DNA of 64,000 nt. Source: an uncultured Nitrososphaerota archaeon (lineage in GTDB: Archaea > Thermoproteota > Nitrososphaeria > Conexivisphaerales > DTJL01). The stretch lies in NCBI GenBank assembly GCA_963842885.1, contig CAWJIE010000003.1, positions 448,001 through 512,000 of the forward strand. Direction: 5' to 3'. The translations under genes and the position numbers were made by a program. The notes beneath the pieces are model-generated. The model saw only the letters and a list, made by a program, of their open reading frames with translations, made no database searches and was not told where the DNA came from. This document shows positions 21,105 to 29,432 of this stretch, piece by piece (the stretch's first letter is position 1; the number at the start of each line of letters is the position of its first letter).

Positions 21105-21704
21105 TTAGGCCGGTCCGGCTGACGCCGCCGCTTTCAGCCCGGCGTGGAACACTTCGACAGCTGCCTCTCCCCTCTTCCCTAGCACATTCCCGATGGCAAC
21201 CTCGACGGACTCCGTCGGGAGGAGACTGGAAAGGCCGCAGAGGACCCCCAGCATATAGACGTTCGCGGACCGAGGCTGACCCAGCCGGCTGGCCTCCTTT
21301 CGGGCTTCAATCACGTGCACCCTCCCGCCCCGACTCCCCAAGGCCTTCAACATCTCATTGACAGCCGGGAACTTCTCCTTCTTGGTGATGGTGGTTATTG
21401 TCTCCTTAATCTCGGGGTCCACGAGGACCAGGGCGCCCTTTTTCAGGTACCCGAACGATCGCACCGCCTCGGATGTCTCGAGCGCCAGCATCACGTCGGC
21501 CGAATCTTGGGGGAACAGCGGGCTCCTGACCTCCTTCCCTATCCTGACGAAACTCTGGACGCTACCTCCTCGCTGGGCCATTCCAAGCGTTTCGCCCGTC
21601 CTCACGGAGAGGCCGGCATCGACGGCCGCCTCGGCGAGTATCCTCGACAGCGTGAGGCCTCCCTGCCCTCCCACGCTGGCTATCAGGATGTTGAGCTCGT
21701 TCAT
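21105..21704 (-). CDS. iorB: Indolepyruvate:ferredoxin oxidoreductase beta subunit
   Basis: SVGGQGG, ETLGMAQRGGSV and ANVYMLG; ATGA overlap with iorA. Confidence 0.93.
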   Translation of the reverse strand: MNELNILIASVGGQGGLTLSRILAEAAVDAGLSVRTGETLGMAQRGGSVQSFVRIGKEVRSPLFPQDSADVMLALETSEAVRSFGYLKKGALVLVDPEIKETITTITKKEKFPAVNEMLKALGSRGGRVHVIEARKEASRLGQPRSANVYMLGVLCGLSSLLPTESVEVAIGNVLGKRGEAAVEVFHAGLKAAASAGPA

Positions 21705-23563
21705 TCTTCCTTGACCTCGATGATGGCCTTGTAGGGACACACACCTGCGCAGAGACTGCATCCTACACAGTCCTCTTCGATGATCCTGACCTTGTCGCCA
21801 TCCAACGTCAGAGCAGGGCAGCCGAGGAGGTTGGTGCACACGTCGCAGCCCGTGCAGAGGTCAGGGACGATGGAATAGGTCCGATGCTCTCCTCCCCTCT
21901 TCGTCAGGATGGCGCAGGCGCGCTCGACGATTATCACGCTTACGCCGGGGGAGCCCAGAGCCTCCTTCACCGACTCGGTTAGCTTCCGAGGCTCGTAGGC
22001 ATCCATCTTGTAGATCTTCTCCACGCCCAGCCCCTTCACGAGCTGCTCCAGCAGCACTGGCTGCATCTCACGACCGCTGTCGCTCAGCGCGTCGGCAGGG
22101 GTGGTCTGATGTCCTGTCATGGCCACCGTGGAGTTGTCCAGTATCATTACGACCACGTCCAGCTTCTTGTGGATGGCTTCGATGAGAGGTTGCACCCCAG
22201 AGTGTAGGAAGGTGGAGTCGCCTATGACGGAGACCACCGGCCCCTTGAATCCTGCCGCCTTCAGGCCGGCGGCCATCGAAATGCTAGCCCCCATGCTATG
22301 CTCCGTCCAGATCGCCTCGAAGGGAGGGTTAAGGGCGAGGGCATAACATCCGATGTCACCGAAGATGGGGACTTCACTCTTCTTGAAGCCGGCCTTCGAG
22401 ATGCCGCGCAACAGGCTGAAGTAGCTCCCTATGTGTGGGCAGCCTGGGCACATGGGTGGGGGCCTGGAGGGCAGCTTCAGTGGCATCTCGATGGCGGAGG
22501 AGACCGTCGCCGGCAGGCCTAGACACGCGGCGATGGCCGCCCTGACGTCACCCGTGTTCAGCTCTCCCACCTGAGGCAATAGTCCCTCGCTCTTGCCGAC
22601 GATTTCCACGCTCAGTTTGGCGTCATGACAGGCGGCCTTCAGCTTGACCTCAAGATATGGATCAATCTCTTCAACTACCAAAATCTTGTCGTAGGACCGG
22701 GCATATTCGAGGAGCGACGCCTCGTCAAGCGGATAGAGGAGGCCCAACCTGAATAGTCCGCATTCGGCGCCCAGCTCGTCCATGGCGTCGAGGGTGTAGT
22801 TGACGGGAGCCCCGGCGGCGACGATGCCCAGGCGCCTGTCCCCCCCCTTCCTCTCAACTCCGTTGAGCTTGAACGGGGCTGCCATCGCGGGGAACGCCGC
22901 CAGCTGTCCCAGTAGCCAGGAGTGGCGGGCCCTGTTCCATCCCATCGAAGCCCTGACGAACCTGGGAGCGTCACGCTCAAACTTGATTTCGGAAGCGCGA
23001 GGTGACCTTGGCGAAGGCTCGACTTCGCCCACCGCATGGTTCACCCGAGTGGTGGTGCGGAGGAGGATGGGGAGCTTTGATAACTCTGAAAGCTCGATCG
23101 CCTTCTTCACATATTGGCGTGCCTCGTCCGGGCTGGCCGGCTCGATCATGGGCAGCTTCGCCAAGTCGGCAAACCATCTGCTGTCCTGCTCCGTCTGGGT
23201 GGTGATCGGCCCGGGGTCGTCGGCCACAAGTATGACCATCCCCCCGTTGACGCCGCAGTAGGCCGCCGAAAGAAGAGGGTCGGCGGCCACGTTGACGCCC
23301 GGCCCCTTCATAGTGACCATGGAGCGGGCTCCCCCTATCGCAGCACCTAGGGCGAGCTCGAGTCCCACCTTCTCGTTGACCGCCCACTCCACATAGCGGA
23401 CGGAACCCACGCCTTCCTTGATGAAAGAGAAGAGGGCCTCGATTACCTCACTCGATGGCGTTCCCGGGTACCCTGTGACGAACGCCATGCCGGACTCGAG
23501 GGCTCCGAGCGCTATCGCCTCGTTCCCCATGAGGGGGACCTTCTTACCGGGTTCTAGCGGCAA
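21701..23563 (-). CDS. iorA: Indolepyruvate:ferredoxin oxidoreductase alpha subunit
   Basis: GNEAIA, YPGTPSSE, RPPPMCPGCPH, DIGCY, TPP motif GDSTFLH...DN and C-terminal 2x[4Fe-4S]. Confidence 0.95.
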   Translation of the reverse strand: MPLEPGKKVPLMGNEAIALGALESGMAFVTGYPGTPSSEVIEALFSFIKEGVGSVRYVEWAVNEKVGLELALGAAIGGARSMVTMKGPGVNVAADPLLSAAYCGVNGGMVILVADDPGPITTQTEQDSRWFADLAKLPMIEPASPDEARQYVKKAIELSELSKLPILLRTTTRVNHAVGEVEPSPRSPRASEIKFERDAPRFVRASMGWNRARHSWLLGQLAAFPAMAAPFKLNGVERKGGDRRLGIVAAGAPVNYTLDAMDELGAECGLFRLGLLYPLDEASLLEYARSYDKILVVEEIDPYLEVKLKAACHDAKLSVEIVGKSEGLLPQVGELNTGDVRAAIAACLGLPATVSSAIEMPLKLPSRPPPMCPGCPHIGSYFSLLRGISKAGFKKSEVPIFGDIGCYALALNPPFEAIWTEHSMGASISMAAGLKAAGFKGPVVSVIGDSTFLHSGVQPLIEAIHKKLDVVVMILDNSTVAMTGHQTTPADALSDSGREMQPVLLEQLVKGLGVEKIYKMDAYEPRKLTESVKEALGSPGVSVIIVERACAILTKRGGEHRTYSIVPDLCTGCDVCTNLLGCPALTLDGDKVRIIEEDCVGCSLCAGVCPYKAIIEVKEE

Positions 23564-23667
23564 TCGGGATCACCTGACCACAGAGGCGGACTTGCAATAT
23601 TAAGCATTTCAGCCCGAAATTCTGGAAGTTCCAGATGAGGTGTCACTGGATGGCGTTCACGCTCCGG

Positions 23668-24138
23668 CTATCGCTTTGACCTCTTGTCCGCGGCAGCCAT
23701 AATTCCTTTCACGATGTTGGTGTAACCCGTGCACCGGCAGAGGTTCCCCTTCAAGGTCTCCCTGATCTCGGACTCCGTCGGAGCCCGATTCTCCCTGAGC
23801 AGCGCCTCCGAGACTAACACTATGCCGGGCGTACAGTAGCCGCACTGGACGCCGCCTTCTTCCAACAGGCTCTCCTGCGTGTCGGTCAGCCCTTCCGCCG
23901 CTATCCCTTCGATGGTCGTCACGTTTCTGCCGTCCGCGTCCGCGGCCAGGATGAGGCATGAGAGAACCGGCTCCCCGTCTAGGAGCACCGTGCAGGCCCC
24001 GCATTCCCCTATGCCGCAGGCATACTTTGTTCCCGTCAGCTCGGCTTCCTCCCGGATGATGTTCAAGAGGAGTGCGTTGTCCTGGATCTCGAACTTGCGC
24101 TCCCTCCCGTTCAGGCTGAGCCTCAGCATCCTGGTCAT
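23668..24138 (-). CDS. Mo-hydroxylase 2x[2Fe-2S] small subunit
   Basis: ACGIGECGACTV, QCGYCTPG and GNLCRCTGY. Confidence 0.93.
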   Translation of the reverse strand: MTRMLRLSLNGRERKFEIQDNALLLNIIREEAELTGTKYACGIGECGACTVLLDGEPVLSCLILAADADGRNVTTIEGIAAEGLTDTQESLLEEGGVQCGYCTPGIVLVSEALLRENRAPTESEIRETLKGNLCRCTGYTNIVKGIMAAADKRSKR

Positions 24139-25042
24139 AGAGTAGCCCCCCTGGCCCGGTCACGCGCCTGAACCAACGTGCGCCTGACAAGGACCGAGAC
24201 CAGCCTCCTCCTGTACTCGGCGGTTGACCTTACGTCGGTAATGGGTCGGGCCTCCTTCGATGCCTCCGCCGCCGCCTTCCGGAGGAGCTCATCCGAAGGG
24301 ACTCCCCCCACCAGGACCCTTTCGGCAGCAACGGCTCTCATGACCGTCGGCGCCACGGCGCCCAGTGCCACTCTGGCGCTCGAAACCTTTTCACCATCCA
24401 TGGTCAGGGCGGTGGCGACGTTCACTTTCGCCAGGTCCATGTCGGTCCGTGAGATGCGGGCGAAGGCAGTTCCCGTGCGCGCTGGGAGGTACGGAATAGA
24501 AACGCCAGTGAGGAGTTCATGCCGGCGCCAGGGCGGTCTTCCCCGGTCCCAAGAAGAATTCGGATAGAGGGACGGACCTCGTTCCGCGAAAGCCGGCCAC
24601 GTGAGCCGTCGAGTCCAATGCAAGGAGGGCCACCGAGCCGTCGGCGGCGGGGGACGCGTTGCATAGGTTTCCTCCGATGGTAGCCATATGGCGTATCTGG
24701 ATGGAGCCCACCGCGGAAGCGGCTTCTGCCAGAAGCGGGAAGGATCGCCTCACAACCTCCGACCTCTCCAGCTGGACAATCCTGACGGCGGCACCGATGT
24801 GGAGGCCATCCCTATGCTCTTCGATGCGAGCTAGGGAGGGGATTTTCCTGATGCTCACGACGGCGGAAGGCTCGACGCCGCGCTGCTTGGCCTTGACCAG
24901 CAGGTCAGTGCCACCGGCCAATACGGCGACTCGCCCACCCTGGCCGCTCAGCAGCTTCAGAGCCTCCTCGAAGGCTGTCGGGGCAGTAATATTCAAACGA
25001 CACAGGCACCATGCGCGTGTTGACGTTGTTTATGTCCTTCAA
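24135..25042 (-). CDS. Mo-hydroxylase FAD subunit, +1 frameshifts near 24971 and 24521
   Basis: The pieces give FEYYCPDSL(EEAL), AGGTDL, IRHMATIGGNLCNASPAAD, ELLTGV..P and DVRSTAEYR. Start at 25042 (TTG) or 25012 (ATG). Confidence 0.88.
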
Positions 25043-25052
25043 AGGAACACCT

Positions 25053-27404
25053 CTAGGCTCCCTCGGGCCCTCCCTTCCGTCCAAGGGCCTCAATCAGGCG
25101 TTCGGGCGTCACCGGAAGCTCGTAGAACCTCAGGCCCACGGCGTTGTGGATGGCGTTGACCACGGCGGCGGCCACCGGGTTGTAGGAACCCTCGCCTAAC
25201 CCCTTGGCGCCGAAGGGCCCCGTGGGCTCGTAGGTGTGCGCGAAGAACGACTGGAAGTCCCCGACGCTGGGGAGGTCGGGCGCCGTAGGCAGCTTGTAGT
25301 CCGTCAGCATCCCCCTGTTCATGAAATCTCCCGTGCGCTCGTCATACGGAGTGTCCTCCAGGATGGCCATGCTCCAGCCCATGGCGAAGCCCCCCTGCAG
25401 CTGCCCCTCGGCCATCTGGGGGTTGATCACGGTCCCTACGTCCGCGGCAGCCACGACCTTCAAGGGTCGGACCTCCCCCGTCTCTGTGTCCACCTCCACC
25501 TTCACGAAGTATGTCACGAAGTGAGGGGGGCCAGAGGTGGGCCTGTAGCTGTCGATGGCCGCCACCGTGCCCCAGTTCTTCTGCCGTGCATAGGAGGTGA
25601 CTTCGCCGACCGTGGCCCTCTTGTGTGGGAGCGACTCGGCCAGGATCACACCCTGACCCAGCTCTTCGTCGGGGATTATCTTCAGTGCACTCTGGTTGAC
25701 CTCCAACATCTTCGAAGCGTAGGCCAGGAGCTTCTCCCTCGCCTGGAGCGCCACCTTGAGGACAGCTCCGCCGCCAGCGTACACGCCGCGAGAGGCGTGC
25801 GTGGCGACGTCATAGATGGTCGTCTGAGAGTCGCTCTGCACGATGGTTACGTTGTCTAGGGGCACGCCCAGGGCCTCAGCGGCGATCTTGGCAAGCGCCC
25901 TGTACGTCCCCCCGCCGTGGTCCACCAGCGCCGTCACTACGTCCACCGTGCCATCCTCGTTTATCTTGACCATGGCACCGGAGTAGTCTATGACTGCGCC
26001 GGAGATGGGCGACCCTGCGCTGGAGGTGTGGAAACCCCTCGCCATGCCGATTCCTTCCCTGAGGACTCCCCCCTTCGACTCCGGCGCTCCCCTGTCCTTC
26101 CACCCGATCATTTCGGCGCCCTTCACGAGCATCTCCTCTACTCCGCAGCTCTGTATGATCGTCTTGACGGTTATTCCCTGCCCGTAGAAGACATCTCCCT
26201 TGCCGACGTAGTTCTTCAGCTTGAGATCCAGCGGGTCCATGCCCAGCTTGTCCGCCAGCTCGTCCATGAACGTCTCCACCATCCACGACGTCTGGGGGTT
26301 TCCGTAGCCCCTCATGGCGCACGACGGGACCTTGTTGGTGTACACCGCCCGGCCGTCGTACCTGAAGTTCCTCCACTTGTAGTAGGAGGCCCACCAGCCG
26401 AAGACGGTGCTCAGGAGAGGATACGCCTGGACCTGATGGGCCCCTATGTCCATGATCATCTCCAGCGTCGAGGCCGTGAGCGTGCCATCCTTCTTGGCGC
26501 CCACCTTGAGCTTGAAGTTCATCGAGAAGGAGGCGTGGTCGCGCATGTCCTCCTCCCTTGTGTACACGATTTTGACGGGCCTCCTGGCCTTGATCGCCAC
26601 CGCGACCGCGATGGGCACGAGGATGTTCGTGTGGATGCTGGAGCCGAAGCTGCCTCCCAGAGAGGGCTTCTTCACGTTGATCTTGTTCATGGGGATGCCG
26701 AAGATCTCGTGAATCAGGATTCTGGTGTTGTGGATGGTCTGGGTGGTGGCCCAGATGGTGAAAATACCGCTCGACTCGGGGATGACGAGCGCCGCCTTGG
26801 TTTCGAGCTGAGAATGATACCTCCTGCTGGACCGATACTCCCTTTCAAGGATGACGTCAGCCTGGGAGAAACCTTCCTCCGGGTCGCCGTTCTCGACCTT
26901 CATCGCGCAGGCGACGTTCCTTTCGATGGTCAGAGGCCTGTCCGCCAACAGTATCTTCTCATGCACCAGACGCTTGCCCGACAGGGCCTCCTCCGTGTCC
27001 ATCACCGGCTTCAGCACTTCGTAATCTATCTTGATCAGCTCGGCGGCCCGCTGGGCCGCCTCCTCCGACTCCGCTGCGACGACGGCGATGGGCTCGCCGA
27101 CGTAGTTGGGCTCGTCGGTCAGGACCCTCCAGTCCTTATACGTCGTCTCGTCCGTGCTGGCAAGGCGGGGGTTGAACTGCTTCCGCGGCACGTCCTTGTA
27201 GGTCAGACACAGGGCCCCTGCCTTCTCGGCCTCCGACGTGTCTATGGACCTCACCTTGGCCCTGGGGTATGAGCTCCTGACGATTCGCCCGTACAACATG
27301 TAAGGAGCTCTCATGTCGGCCGCGAACCCGCTGCTCCCCAGTGCCTTGGGGACGGAGTCGAGCGCCCCGACATCCTTCCCAATCACATGAAAGGGCTCCG
27401 TCAT
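25053..27404 (-). CDS. Xanthine dehydrogenase-family molybdopterin-binding subunit
   Basis: GGSFGS, AMRGYGNPQ, THASRG, EGQLQGG and FGAKGLGE. Start at MTEPFHVIGK with a TATA at ~27430. Confidence 0.95.
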   Translation of the reverse strand: MTEPFHVIGKDVGALDSVPKALGSSGFAADMRAPYMLYGRIVRSSYPRAKVRSIDTSEAEKAGALCLTYKDVPRKQFNPRLASTDETTYKDWRVLTDEPNYVGEPIAVVAAESEEAAQRAAELIKIDYEVLKPVMDTEEALSGKRLVHEKILLADRPLTIERNVACAMKVENGDPEEGFSQADVILEREYRSSRRYHSQLETKAALVIPESSGIFTIWATTQTIHNTRILIHEIFGIPMNKINVKKPSLGGSFGSSIHTNILVPIAVAVAIKARRPVKIVYTREEDMRDHASFSMNFKLKVGAKKDGTLTASTLEMIMDIGAHQVQAYPLLSTVFGWWASYYKWRNFRYDGRAVYTNKVPSCAMRGYGNPQTSWMVETFMDELADKLGMDPLDLKLKNYVGKGDVFYGQGITVKTIIQSCGVEEMLVKGAEMIGWKDRGAPESKGGVLREGIGMARGFHTSSAGSPISGAVIDYSGAMVKINEDGTVDVVTALVDHGGGTYRALAKIAAEALGVPLDNVTIVQSDSQTTIYDVATHASRGVYAGGGAVLKVALQAREKLLAYASKMLEVNQSALKIIPDEELGQGVILAESLPHKRATVGEVTSYARQKNWGTVAAIDSYRPTSGPPHFVTYFVKVEVDTETGEVRPLKVVAAADVGTVINPQMAEGQLQGGFAMGWSMAILEDTPYDERTGDFMNRGMLTDYKLPTAPDLPSVGDFQSFFAHTYEPTGPFGAKGLGEGSYNPVAAAVVNAIHNAVGLRFYELPVTPERLIEALGRKGGPEGA

Positions 27405-27700
27405 TTGCGGGACTGAGTTGTCCTTCGAATAATATATACATTTGAAACGCTTGAGAGCCTTCGGTCCGCGGAGATACTGGACCTGAACAAAGGTGATGAT
27501 TAATAGTCGGCTTCTCAAGAGACGGACAGGGATGCTATGCAGATAACAATCCAAAGGAGGTATCTCAAATACGTTGAAGCTTTGCTCGAAACGGGAATAC
27601 TGACGGAGAACAATGGACTGGCCAAACCACTTAAGCAAACTCTGCGGTCTTCTCTTTGGAGAAAACAACACGATCTACGCGAATCTCGAAGGCGGCTCTC

Positions 27701-29188
27701 ATGAGTAGCCGCTACCAGGTGGGACTGCGGAGGAGAACGAAGATAGTCTGCACGATCGGTCCGGCTTCGAATACAGCCGCTACGATAGAGAGGCTCGTCA
27801 GGGCTGGGATGGACTGCGCCAGGCTGAACTTCTCACACGGAACGCCTGACGAACACTTTGAGGTCATCGAGAAAGTAAGGAAGGCGTCCCAGGTGACTGG
27901 GAGACGGGTTGCTGTGATGCAGGATCTGCCTGGGCCGAAACTGAGGGTGGGGAAGTTAAGAGGAGGCTCCATGCAAATCGCGAAGGGATCGACGGTCTTT
28001 TTGACCACCAAGCCGGCGTCAGGCGGCATCTCGACGATACCGATTCGGTCGAAGAATCTGCCGAGGTATGTGAAGGTGGATGGCACAATCTTCCTCTCCG
28101 ACGGTTCCATCAAGCTCAAGATTCTGGACACCACGGAGACGGATATCAGGTGCAGGTGCGAAATAGGGGGAACTCTCCTCTCGGGAAAGGGCGTCAACAT
28201 CCCAGATCTGAAGCATGGTCTCAAGACGTTCACGGAGCGTGACAGGAGGTATCTGGCCCTCGGCCTTGAGCATGGGGTCGACCTTGTAGCTGTCTCCTTC
28301 GTTAGGACGGCCAGCGACATCGAGGAAGTGAGGGAATTCATCAGGAAGAAGAGGAGTGAACCCATGATCGTGGCCAAGATAGAGAAGAAGGAGGCTGTGG
28401 ATAACATGGACCGGATTATTGAAGCAACGGATGCGGTGATGGTCGCGAGGGGAGACATGGGCGTAGAGAACCCGATCGAGGAAGTCCCGGAACTACAGAA
28501 GTCGATAATCTCGAAGTGCAGGTCGAAGGGCGTGCCGGTAATCACCGCTACCCAAATGCTCGAGTCGATGGTTGACAACGCGAGCCCCACCAGAGCAGAG
28601 GTCACGGACGTGGCGAACGCAATTCTGGATGGTACAGATGCAGTGATGCTGTCAGAAGAGACGGCTGTCGGAAAGTATCCTGTAGAATGTGTAGAAGTCC
28701 TGAACAGGGTGGCTCTCAAAGCGGAAGAGATGATGCTTGATGGTGAGAAGACCGGAAGGTTGGGCAGCCCTCGACGTGAGAGTCCTGCTGATGCCCTGAG
28801 CGAGGCTGCCTACCAGATCTCGCAGGACATAGGCGCAAGTGTCATCGCGGTTCAATCTGAAACCGGAGCCGTTCTCCCAAGGATCTCCAGATTCCGCCCG
28901 AGAGCACCGATATTCTTCGCCTCGGAGAGCGAAGCGAAACTGAGAAGATCTAAGATGATCTGGGGCGTCTATCAGGTCGAGCCCGGAGAAACAAGAGGCT
29001 TCGAGTCATCGGTTGAGTTGGTGCAACGCCTCGCGAAGGACAAGTTCGTAAGACGAGGCGACAGTGTTGTGGTAATCCGTGAGACCGCTGAGCCAGCGAA
29101 AGAACCAGGGTTTTCATTATCCGTTTCGATCGTCGGCGAGGGGAAGAAGCAAGACTCGGGGGAAGTCTCTCCGCGATCATCGGTCTAA
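27701..29188 (+). CDS. pyk: Pyruvate kinase
   Basis: RRTKIVCTIGPAS, RLNFSHG, DLPGPKLR, AKIE, MVARGDMG, TATQMLESM, PTRAEVTDVANA and MLSEETA. Confidence 0.97.
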   Translation: MSSRYQVGLRRRTKIVCTIGPASNTAATIERLVRAGMDCARLNFSHGTPDEHFEVIEKVRKASQVTGRRVAVMQDLPGPKLRVGKLRGGSMQIAKGSTVFLTTKPASGGISTIPIRSKNLPRYVKVDGTIFLSDGSIKLKILDTTETDIRCRCEIGGTLLSGKGVNIPDLKHGLKTFTERDRRYLALGLEHGVDLVAVSFVRTASDIEEVREFIRKKRSEPMIVAKIEKKEAVDNMDRIIEATDAVMVARGDMGVENPIEEVPELQKSIISKCRSKGVPVITATQMLESMVDNASPTRAEVTDVANAILDGTDAVMLSEETAVGKYPVECVEVLNRVALKAEEMMLDGEKTGRLGSPRRESPADALSEAAYQISQDIGASVIAVQSETGAVLPRISRFRPRAPIFFASESEAKLRRSKMIWGVYQVEPGETRGFESSVELVQRLAKDKFVRRGDSVVVIRETAEPAKEPGFSLSVSIVGEGKKQDSGEVSPRSSV

Positions 29189-29432
29189 ATCAATGAATTC
29201 TATGTATGCCTTTCTCGTGTGCTAATTCAGTTGGGCCTCCGAACCGAAGGTCGCTCCACAAGGCGCACAATAATGGAAAAGACAATCTCCAAAGAATCCG
29301 GGTCGCAATCGTAAAGGCTATGAAGAGCTGGGCCGCGGTGCCCCCAAGTCTAAGGAATCAAGCCCGCGGTTCTCAGGAGGCCTTCGTGACGAACTCAGAG
29401 GTTCCGGCCCACAGCACGTCATAGTCGATCAA

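Noticed and set aside
25917-27272. Long antisense or alternate-frame ORFs (e.g. 454..1425, 25917..27272, 27712..28719, 59407..60432)
   Set aside because: They are shadows of well-supported genes in GC-rich DNA and lack motifs.
11598-27404. Calling the Mo enzymes aerobic CO dehydrogenase (coxLMS)
   Set aside because: The large subunits have FRGFG and MRGYG rather than AYRCSFR, so substrates cannot be assigned from sequence.
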